A stretch of DNA of 63,838 nt, counting the filler, from Atractiella rhizophila (Eukaryota): NCBI GenBank assembly GCA_021432655.1. It is 10 parts of 10 records of this genome, joined end to end, with 100 filler letters (N's around TTAATTAATTAA, not from the genome) between each part and the next. Parts side by side here need not be neighbours in the genome. Positions count along the whole stretch, not along the records: positions 22,839 to 30,317 come from MU272207.1; positions 30,418 to 37,882 come from MU272208.1; positions 37,983 to 45,427 come from MU272209.1; 7 more parts are not named here. One strand, 5' to 3'. Positions 27,915-38,423 of the stretch are shown here, piece after piece (position 1 is the stretch's first letter; the number at the start of each line of letters is the position of its first letter). The position numbers were made by a program, and so were the translations under genes. The notes beneath the pieces were generated by a model that worked only from the letters and a program-made list of their open reading frames with translations, was not told the DNA's origin and searched no databases.

Positions 27915-28567
27915 TTATTTCTTCCACATGAATGACACGGCCTCAACATCTGCTTCACCAGGCGTCCAGCTAGGCAGGGATTGTCTCTTTGTTTCCTCAA
28001 ACCCAACCCTCTCCACTAACTTCAAACTCCTCTCATTTCGCGACTCAATAATTGCCACCGCTTTCGTCCTCAGCTCCTCTGGCAAAGCTTCCATGAAGGC
28101 TCTGAGTGCTTCCGTCGCGTATCCCTTACCCCAAGAAGAGCTCCTGAAGTTATACGCCAGATTGTACGGCCGATAGACCTGGTGCTCTGCGCTTGCGATT
28201 GTAGCAAGCGCGAGGACACCGATTTGTTCCAGTTCAGGATCCCCCTCCTTGCGCAGAAGGCAGGCGTAGTGGACGGCCGCGGGCTCCGATAAGCCCAGCA
28301 ATGCTTGATCTTCTGCCGTCAGCGTTGGGGGTGTAAGGATCCTGCAGAAGCGTTTCGAAGTTTCTTCAAGGTCTTTTGAAGGACCGCTTGGGCTACAGGA
28401 TCAAGCCGTCAGCCCCACTCTTCCTGATAGGAGGATGCAGAGACTCACAACCATTTTCCAACTAAAGGATCAGACCAAATGCTATGGCATCCAGCAATAT
28501 CAGCTTCAGTGGGGGGTAGCTTCATTGGACGGAGAACAAGACGGGAAGTGTGCACGACCTTGTCCAT
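27915..28567 (-). CDS. GNAT acetyltransferase (RimJ/RimL type)
   Basis: TSRLVLRP, WGKGYATEAL, NERSLKLVERVGF; one intron. Confidence 0.88.
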
Positions 28568-29035
28568 CCTAGTTTTCGCTGCGATTTGGCTGATTACCGT
28601 GATTGCAGGTAATGTCGGCTTTGTTCCGTCGCTCTCCGTGCAGACGATGATGTCTCTTTATCAATGATGTCCTTGATGGCTGAGTCACAGCGCCACACAT
28701 AACACCTGAACCACTCGCGTGCAAAGCATCGTGGGTTCATGAGACTCATCCGAGTTCCCTTGAGAGTGGTGGGGTCACGACATAAACACGTTGGGTCGCT
28801 AGCTTAGGGTCATTGGATTCCTTGAAGTCGTCAGTGACTTCAACTGCCCAAAGGTGGTCGACTTTGCAAGATTATAGTTCCAGGCTGACTTTCAAAGACA
28901 ATAGTCTCCCGGTGCAACCGTGACATGGGTGAAAAGTGGTCAAAATTCGCATTGAGTTGTGTCGTATTTTACATTTTGAATGTCTGTGCGGTGCGGCGAT
29001 GAATGTACATGTAACAAGATTCCAATTTGATAAAT

Positions 29036-30317
29036 CTAGGCAAATCCGGATGGTTGAGTGGTTAGGCCCGTTCCCTGGCTCGGAATCAACAACTGTTCCT
29101 TCGTCTGTAGTTTCTTCTTTTTCGCCGGTTTCTGTTTTTGTGATGGAGGTAGCGTCTTCCGTTTCTCATCAGCTGGTATTGGTGGCTCCTTACCTCCAGC
29201 ATCTTCAACAGACACGACCTCGACTTCGTCAGGTTCGAGTTCACAAAAGAGTGTAGCCATGGATGCTCGGAAGTGAGCGAGCTTCCACCAATTCCCCATT
29301 CTGATGGACATGAGATCGAAAGCGACTGCGAACTTGGGTTCATCGCTCGAAGAGGAGGCGGAGGGCGGAGAGAGTGGAGGCAGTTTAGGATAACGTGCTG
29401 AGAAATGGGTCAGAAGGCAGTGACGGGCTTTCATTCTGCTCCATCACAGGTCACGTTTACGTTCAACACGGATGAAAGAGAAAAACCGCACTGAACAGCA
29501 ACTTCGGTAGCCTCTCCAAATGTGCTGTGCCCCTTCGAAGCGGCCAATTCGAGATACGTGGGTTTTCGTGATGCATCATGGTCCTGCTCATCGACATTCA
29601 TCATCGAAGCGTCAATTGGGACATCGTCCTCAATAGTCGCTTCGTGGATCAACAAATCGGCTTCTTTTCCAGCTTCTATTAAAGCAGGACACGGCCGTGT
29701 GTCTCCAGAGAACCTGTTGATGCGTAAGGCAGTGGAGACTGGGGGAGAGAAGAACTTACACTAGCTTCCATCCTTTGACATGTTCTAAGACGACACCAAA
29801 GCATTTTCCACGATGGATGACACTGACTGGTCGAATGGTCTTCAACCCCAGAGCAATCTTGAGTGAGCTGCTGAAAGTTTAGAACCATTCCCAACAGCAT
29901 GAGCGGTCAACGTACGCAGTGTCCTGATCAAAGGTCTTCGCATCCAAAGGAACAAAGTTTGCAAGGCTCGTCAAGCCCAATGGAAATATTTGTTCGAGTT
30001 CTTTAAGATAGAGACCAATGTTCCAGGGACCTAAAATGTACAGTGGATTTACTGACACCGAACTGGATTTCATCTGCCACATCGTCATAACACCATCGTT
30101 AGCAAGAAAATTGGGACAAGAGGCCATTCACCTGAAGTCGTTTCCACAGTACTCGATAGAGTCCAGCATGATGATCTGCATGCATGTGTGAGATGAAGAT
30201 GAACTTTAAATCCTGCAGTATGTCATCAAGTTCCTGTCCAAACCGTCTTGACAATTGGCCCAAAGTTCCTTCCCCAACATCGAGCAGTACATTTCCGTAC
30301 CCTGGCACCTGGACCAA
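29036..30317 (-). CDS. TRZ1: tRNase Z (ELAC2), C-terminal part
   Basis: LLDVGEGT, ISHMHADHHAG, FSGDTRPC, LIHEAT, HST, LTHFSARYPK. Confidence 0.93.
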
Positions 30318-30417
30318 NNNNNNNNNNNNNNNNNNNNNNNNNNNNNNNNNNNNNNNNNNNNTTAATTAATTAANNNNNNNNNNNNNNNNNNNNNNNNNNN
30401 NNNNNNNNNNNNNNNNN

Positions 30418-31217
30418 GGGAGAGGTGGGTACATATTAAGCGTTAGGTCTCTGATGCCAGGAAGTAACTGAAGGCCCTGTGGTACTGAGGGAGCAGAGGC
30501 GGAAGAAGAGTCCTCCACTTCGCGAGCGTTGAGCCGTCTAATCCTTCCACCCATCCCCCGCATAAAGGTCTCAACTTCCTCCTTCCTCCACTGTCTCCGA
30601 CCCTTGTTGAAGGTTACGTCACTCAGTTGTTTCAATCCTTCAAGTAATTTCAACAATTTCTTCGACTCTTCTCCCTCACAAAATGCTTCCACAAGCACTG
30701 TCGTAACTCTGGGGGAGCTCTTGATGATTTCGCTCGCCATTCTGAAAGTGGTATGTGCTTCAAAGTGCAATGTACTCCACCTGCGTCCAGCATCAGGATT
30801 GTGTTTCAGGCCAGCATGTTTCTCTTCCACTGACATCCCATAAGGAGCTGAAACTTGGCGCCAGCGCTGGTTGACGCGAGAGAGGATGGAAACGGGATAG
30901 TATGCAAAGGCATTGTCATCGGGTTCACGGCATGTGAAGAATTCGAATATGAGAGAGAGGAGCTCGATAGGCAAGTGCGAGATAGAGCATGTAGTTAAGG
31001 ACGGGAAGGACAGTTGGATAATGGTCCAAGGGCTCTGACGGAGAGAAGGGAGATGATCCGCAATAACCGATAGAGACGAAATGGTCCCCATAGAATTGGG
31101 CGATGGGGGCGAAGATGGCTTGAGAGCGTGATCCTGCAAGCAGATCAAACTTGCGAGTGAAGCACAGCGCTGGCAGATGGCGTGAATCCACGATTGAATG
31201 TCCATCATCGACATCAC
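30418..31217 (-). CDS. F-box protein with LRR-like tail, partial
   Basis: SISHLPIELLSLIFEF...LSRVNQRWRQV followed by Leu-periodic segments. The upstream ORF 31244-31726 may belong to the same gene through a frameshift. Confidence 0.65.
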
Positions 31218-32898
31218 GAATGATCACCTTGACGGTTTTTGGCTCAGGGTGACGCAAAGGTCACAACACCACTATGTACTTCGGTTTCCAGAAGTTCCAG
31301 TGAGAAATCAGACAATTTCGAGGACACGCGCTCAGGATCTCGATCCGTGAATTGAGAGGGTATGACAAAGGTGATGCGGAGTGTATGAATTGGAGCAGGC
31401 AGCCGAGCAAGAAGGAGGGGAGTATTGAGAGGTAGAGCGAAGTACAGATATTCTGCCGTGATGAAGTCCACCAGTGCGGTCTCGTCGGCGTAGTCTCTGC
31501 ATAGGGTGTGGATGTTTGTTCGGTCAATTATTGTCTGAGGAGGGGCAGCAGACTGTGACCCGTAATTTATGTTAGATGATAAGAAGCAAGCCGAAGACAG
31601 AGAATCAGATCTTGCCTGCACTGCATCGCCACTCGAGGAAACTGGATCAATCTTGACCAGAATGACGATGAACAGAATTGAAACGGCGAGAAGCATGATG
31701 ACCCGAATCAAAACTGTGAGAAGCATAATGAATAGAATCGATGCGCGATGAATGCAATCGAAACTGAGAGAATAAAGATGGCGAGCGGCAACATTTCGAA
31801 TATTTTGAGAGAATAATGATGTGGATAAATTATACGGCGGGCTTGGACTGCTGTTGGGATGGATGAAGAGGGGTACGCAAATTTCGAAGGGGGATTCTTG
31901 AGGTAGAGCGTCTAGTTATTGAGGGTTCGTTGAACAACAAAAGCGAACCCAAGTTATTTCACATCTATTGCAGGGTCGATGTCTAATAGGAGCAAACGTG
32001 CACCTCTATGTTCCTGACCCTGCATGTCATCAGCCCACGCTGAATTGGTCCTCATTTCTCGTGTGGATGTGTTGGGACGAAATGTAACGAAAATGTGACA
32101 GCTCTAAGAACATAAAGTTGAGCAAAGTTTGTGCTGTGGATGAGTTTGATGTAAACATCTAGATACACGTGTACGTTACTCCCTCGCCCAAGTAAACACA
32201 GCTAGGGAGGGGCTGTTGAAGAAAGGAGAGGACTTTACCTACCTCGGTGTTAGTGATGCGGCGCAATTGATGTACTGCGGTAACATCTTCCTCCACTCTC
32301 ATGCTATTCCCAGCCATTATTCTCAGTTCAGCAATTGCGTATAGCTTAAAAGGGCAATGAAAAAAAGACACACAAACAAAAGAGGCTGTAGGGTGATGGT
32401 AGGGTGATGGAAGACAGGGCTTACGTTCATTCCCATTGACAGTGACTCAAAGGAGCCGAAAATGTGTCTTTGGCGAGACAATGATGCGCAGAAAGATCTG
32501 TGGACCTGGTTTGGTGGAGCGGAGAAAAGCAAGGCTCATTGTTCTAGAATATTATGCCGTTGTCGTGGTTGAGAGATGAGGGCAAGATGTAGCGGTTGTG
32601 TGGAGGCATTGAAGTTTGATTGTGACCTGGGGAGGATCGTGGACATCATTTAGCTGATGGATTGATGCGACATCTACTTCGTTTTGTCCGCCCGTCGATA
32701 AAGCATGCATGCAAAGACCCAGAGTCATTCCCGAGAGCCAGCCTGTGCAGACATGGGACCTGGCCCTTTCATCCATGTTGGAGATCCGTGGATGTCAACT
32801 TGTTCTATTTGCATTGCGTTCCGGATGCCGTGCCAAACATGTGCACTTCACCGCTAGTCCGGACTTATAAGTATGCTTGATGTGTTTTCTTCCTCCCC

Positions 32899-33035
32899 AA
32901 TCACATATTCGTTTATATCATTTGCACTCACTAATAAGTGATTGGGGATTGTTAGGTATGTGCGATTATTTATACTGAAATCACATATTCCTTTATATCA
33001 TTTGCACTCACTAATAAGTGATTGGGGATTGTTAG
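32899..33035. repeat. Two near-identical 57-bp direct repeats (80-bp period) upstream of the Crinkler gene
   Basis: AATCACATATTC(G/C)TTTATATCATTTGCACTCACTAATAAGTGATTGGGGATTGTTAG at 32899-32955 and 32979-33035. Confidence 0.9.
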
Positions 33036-33074
33036 TGCAAAGTGGCAGAAAGTTAATTTCTCACTCTTGAGACA

Positions 33075-35520
33075 ATGTCGGCTCACGACGTCCTTTATGA
33101 GTTACTGTATCAAGTAGTGCAACCCGGTGATGAAAATCGGCTAGTCGGAAAAACGTCTGTTATCGAATTTCCTACCAACAAAACGGTTGCTGCGTTAGAG
33201 GAGGCAATCCTTCAAAAGTTGGGCGAAAAACTACACGGAAAAGAATTTGATTTGTGGATGTTGGACCCAATGCTGGCCATCGAGGAAGAAGAGCTTCTGA
33301 AAGCGATCAGGTTCCCCTCTGAAAGATTGAAAGAACTGGACCCTGTGAATCGGTTATCGAAATACTGGCAAGAAGCCCCTCAAGATGGACATCTCCATAT
33401 TGTGGTCCAGTTGCGCGATTCGCCTCTCGTAGTACAACATCCAACGTCTCGTACGTCCCTGCGGTCATTCCATCACATTTTTCTTTACCAGGACTGCTAA
33501 CTACATTACTAGTTTGGCAGCATAATACCGAAAAACTTAACGGTATTCAATTACTTGCGCAATTCCAGGCTGAGAAACGTGGATCGTTTCTCCCTCACGA
33601 TAAACTGCTCAAGATGAACCACATTGTTGACGCTCACGGTGTGTCCCCAGTGCTCAACGATGCGAAAAAGGAATTGGGTCGGATTTTCGTCTTGCCTCTG
33701 CTTTCAGAGCAGCAACATCAACTAGAGCCCTACCTTCAATTTGCGCGCCAACTTCAAAACCAGTTTCCTTCTCAGAAGCCTTCAAACCGGACGGTAACCA
33801 GGAAAGAACTTGGACATTATCATGCGGCGCTTGAAACCCATGTGGATATGGACCTCGACCGTTATCGCGAGTACAAAGAAGGATACTTCCTCGCGACGTA
33901 CATGGAAATTGTGGCAGCCGAGCTAGCTGAGCGATTGGGGTTGAAAAGGGTGCAAAACTCGTTCTTTTTATCGTACGCCGCTTGGGTTATGGGATAAAGC
34001 TGAGACTTCATTTACAGTGATAAACAGTGGACATTCCACTTGTTACCCGTCGTCGAAAACAACGAACACGGGCAAATTACCCATTATAGATTTTGCCCTC
34101 GCAGCGATTACGAGTTTCGCGTGGGTGAAATCCCCAGATTTATCGTTGAGGTTCAGTCGGTGGCGGAATCGAAGCAAGAGAAGGAAGAGGACCAAACGCG
34201 AATGCTGATCGAAGGGGCTACTGTTGTTAGGATTGCGCAATATGCCATCAACCAGAGAGAAAAAGACCCGTGGCCCTTTATCATCATTTGTTGCTACGTG
34301 GACCGCGATCTGAAGGTTAGGCGATATTTGATGTGTTGTGAGGATATTAAAAATCCAAGCGTATGTAGATATCGCTCCTTAGCTCTTTGCTCCGAGCCTT
34401 TGATAGGGGAAAGTAGTATACCGACGAGACAACTTTTTCCTCGTCACAAAGGATGGAGCGTTCAAGTTTCTCCTCGAGCTGTACAACTCGACGGCTGTGA
34501 TTGATTGGGCAAAAAACATCAATGTGCAGGAAATCGAGCAAGGTCTGAAAGAACAAGTACAGGGGTTTGAAGATTTCCGCTCAGAAGTTGGCAAAAAGCA
34601 CAAAGATTCTGAGAATAACGAAAGTCGCCAGTCCGGCGACTATGGAGCCGCAAAGAAAATGCGAGGCCCCGTACTGACAACTCTTACTGATGCAGGCTAC
34701 ACCCTCGTCCTGCCGCACCACCAGGGTTTAAGGAGATGGACCATGTCAAGTCTGGTCCGTATTCGTCAACTCAGTCCTTTCGTCACTGATCTCAAGAATG
34801 TAGTCGTCATTTTCTTCCTCGCCTGTTGCAGAAGTTTGTCGAGGGGGACAGCGATTTATCGTCAAGGTCACTGAAGACCACGAAGAAGTCGCGATTCACC
34901 GTTCCCTTGCTCAAATTGACGACTCAAGAAACCATACGATCAAAATCATCGACCTACTGGAATGTGAGGGTGACCAGCTCCTGATTCTTCCGCTTGGAGT
35001 TCCCTTGCGTGATTTTGAAGGACGCCTGGACCCTGCTTTAGCCATCCGTCTCTGCGAACAACTCATTGAAGGCGTCGCATTCATACACAGCCATGACACC
35101 GCACACTTGGATCTGAAACCAGAAAACCTTGTTGTTATTGGTGACAGTCTCCAAATTATCGACTTTGGTTTATCTGTACAAGTTAATTCTCACACGGTTT
35201 TAGAAGGCTTCAGGGGAACGAGAACGTGGGTTGCCCCAGAAGTTGGCGAAAGTGGAGGACCAAAACGGACATTCCACCCTATCCCTGCCGATTTGTGGGC
35301 GACAGGACACATCATCCTTCGTTTCTTTGGCCCGTATCTCCCAGAAAATCACAAACTTTTGAAGCTTGCCACGCAACAGACTCTCCCCAATCCTAACTCT
35401 CGACCAGCTCTGAGTCTAGAACTCAGTGGAATGAATCGAAACACAAAAAAGAGAGCCATCGAAGCGAACACTTTGCCTGTTAGTAAATACAAGGTTGTCC
35501 ATTCTTATCCCGCCATGTGA
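33075..35520 (+). CDS. Crinkler (CRN)-type protein: Ubl header + PD-(D/E)xK REase-like domain + protein kinase (four introns)
   Basis: Header TVAALEEAIL...FDLWML...LSKYWQEAPQDGHLHIVVQL; middle PRSDYEF...FIVEVQS...DQTRML; kinase FIVK, HLDLKPEN, DFG, APE, DLWATG. Confidence 0.8.
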
Positions 35521-36014
35521 CTAGAAATTAATCTACGCTTCCAGCAGAAAAGACTACACCCAGCAGGCGCCAGCCCGATTGGAAGTTTCTGAAATGTCAA
35601 GTCATCCCTGAAGTTATCTGCTTCTACTACGATTTGCAAAAGAGTGGCGGGTTTAGCGATGAGCCGTATCGGGTCAGATGTTCATCACTGGTATACTTTT
35701 ATTTCTCTTCTCAGTGTCTTTCAGCTTTCCAACTCCAGCTGACACTACTCCGGCCAAATCAGTCACACTGTATGAAATGTTTCATGTTCTGTCATCAACC
35801 AGTACGCTCTGCTTCAAGCACAACGCCTGCCTTCACATGCATTACGATCCCTGCTTACAAATTATTGAATGGTTGCATAAGTTCTTCCATCATTACAAGG
35901 CCATGAAGGGACAGAGAGACCTGCTTTAATCAGATTCACGAAGTGCATTACAATGACAGGAAGAAAGTAAATTTCCGGTGAGTTAAGTAACAACGGGTAA
36001 AGAGTCCCAGCGCC

Positions 36015-36720
36015 TGGACATCTCCATATTGTGGTCCAGTTGCGCGATTCACCTCTCGTAGTACAACGTCACGTCTTGTACGTCCCTCCCAGATCTGTTT
36101 GTTAGTCTGGCAAGCTCATGGTAATCTCGATCAGTATCAATCTCTTGCGCGCATCATGACACTCAATGCTGGATCATTCGAGCCTCACGCGCTTCTCGAA
36201 GCAAACAAACTCCTCCCTGTCCATGACTCCGGAGATTCTGACATCGTGAACGCTTTCCGCCGAGTGAAGAACACATTAGGGCAACTGTTCCAGCTCCCTG
36301 ATATGCCTGATGCCGTTACTCGTGCAATCGGAACGTCACTTAAAAATGATTTTTTCCCACGAGGGCCTGCGACTCAGGGTCGAATAGCGACAGCAGCGGA
36401 ACTTCGCCACATGAGGTTGCCACTGCCCATCCATTTTTGGCGAGATTTTCAGACAACAAGGAGCCATGTTTCAACTGGACGTACATGATGCCTGTCGCGA
36501 GAGAAATCTCTCGCCGCCGGTATGGATCGAACCAAGTGTCCGACTTCACCGCGTGCGCTTCTCGCCGTTGGCTGATTTCCACTGATATAGCCCATTGTTC
36601 AGCAATAGAAAGTGGTCAATTCATCTCTATCCTTACACTGCTGAAATTCCAGCGACTTCTGAATCGCCAACCAGCCCTATGAGGCAATACAAGTATCAAC
36701 CTCGCAGCGATTTTCGGGGG
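36015..36720 (+). pseudogene. 5'-truncated, frameshifted paralog of the Crinkler gene
   Basis: 36 nt identical to 33386-33421. Then GSFEPHALL/KNTLGQLFQLP/KEPCFNWTYM/YQPRSDF match GSFLPHDKLL/KKELGRIFVLP/KEGYFLATYM/FCPRSDY. Confidence 0.75.
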
Positions 36721-37090
36721 AAGATCGTTGGCGGATGTTGCTGCAAGGTGCAACCCTCAAAGTGCACATCACTCACGAAATTACCGCTTTGGGTCAGCAA
36801 GGGCTGCAACATGCAAGGGTGCCTCCGGTGTGAATTTCACTTTTTGTGAAGGAAACTTTGGGTGGCCAGATGGCTGTGACCTGCGAAGTGCACCTCCAGT
36901 TGCGAAATAACGAATCTAGATCAGCAACGGGAACCTGCAAAGTGTGCCTCCAGTCACAAAATAACCAGTTTAGTTGATATTGTTATGTGTATCATATAAT
37001 GCAAACCAAGAAAGTCTACCAAATCAAACACAGCCCACTTTAGATGAGTCCATCAATCATTTGCGCATAACACATTGAGCTCTTTGATGC

Positions 37091-37882
37091 TCATTCATCT
37101 AATACGCTGGCTGCATTTCCTCCAAATTTCTTCGGGAGCTGTTCGTCATCGATTATCCTGCTCAGTTCAGCATGGATTGATTTCTGATCCGGACCCATGA
37201 CTTTGAACTGTCACATATGTCAGTAACCATGAACCGAGAGGTGAGCACTGAGGACACATGAGTACCTTGTCAAGAGTGCGCTGGGAGAGGAAGTTGGAGA
37301 AAAACTTGAAGAGCCACGACATGACTGTTGGAACCTGGACGCATAACACAACATAATGTGAAGGCGTGAGAGATAGCCCCTGATGACGAGGAAGAAGCTC
37401 GCGCACATTCAAGAACCACTTCGCCTCCAACAACTCCGGGTAATAGTCTGCGAATAGCTTTGACGCTTCTGAGGCAGCGGCTTTGGTATATTGGTCTCTG
37501 CCTGCAACAGAGGCAAAGTCAATCCAACCTGAATACAGCGGAAGCATTGGTAGGGTTGAGGGACACGGACCAGAAGAGAAGATTCCTACGCCGGCGTAGT
37601 CGTGGATCTGGATCATGGTGGAGGTGGTGAGGAAGTCAAGTTGAGCGATACCCTTTCTTCTCTTGAGAAAGTGGACACTTCAAGATGGAGAAAGACAAAC
37701 TAGCTCCATGAGGCTGACCCTCCACCTGTGGTAAAATTATTAGCATTTTCCACAGATTCTGTGCATTGGAAAAACGCAAGATAAAATACCTAATGAATCT
37801 TTCTAAATTTCCAAATGTCTCTTTTGTATCCTTGACCTCTCCATATATGTTGTACGTCTATCATCCACCAATCAGTCAATCA
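37091..37882 (-). CDS. SFH5: Sec14-like phosphatidylinositol transfer protein Sfh5, C-terminal part
   Basis: TYNIYG..K..F.NLERFI.WRV.LME, MIQIHDY.GV, FADYYPELLEAKWFLNVP.VMSW, LPKKFGG. Confidence 0.88.
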
Positions 37883-38423
37883 NNNNNNNNNNNNNNNNNN
37901 NNNNNNNNNNNNNNNNNNNNNNNNNNTTAATTAATTAANNNNNNNNNNNNNNNNNNNNNNNNNNNNNNNNNNNNNNNNNNNNTTTGTGGTTTTTATTTTC
38001 CCCTGGACATTCATCCACGTTGTCATCATTGCTTTACAGAGGTAACTTTGATACAGTAGAGGTTTCAGTAAAAGTTTTTACTCATCTGTTACTGTAATCT
38101 TAGACAAATTTGCCTATCTTTCGTCGTCGGCAGCTCACCCTGGATGTCCATTCATATCTCTCAGCACGGTATGTGATTTAGCCAAGGCTTTCAAGTTTAA
38201 CGCGAGGATGTCCCAGTAGAAATGAAAACAGTCACGTGACATGAAGACTCGTCAAGCGGTTGACTGCATGTGAATCTGGGAAAATGATTCAAATAGAAAG
38301 CAGAATAGAATGATTGATAATAGCATATGTTTCTTGTGAGAAGTGGATTTGGAGGTGAAAGCGGATCACACACCACTGAACCTTCGACTGAGCTTCATTG
38401 TTGACAGTTTCATTGTTTGCCTC

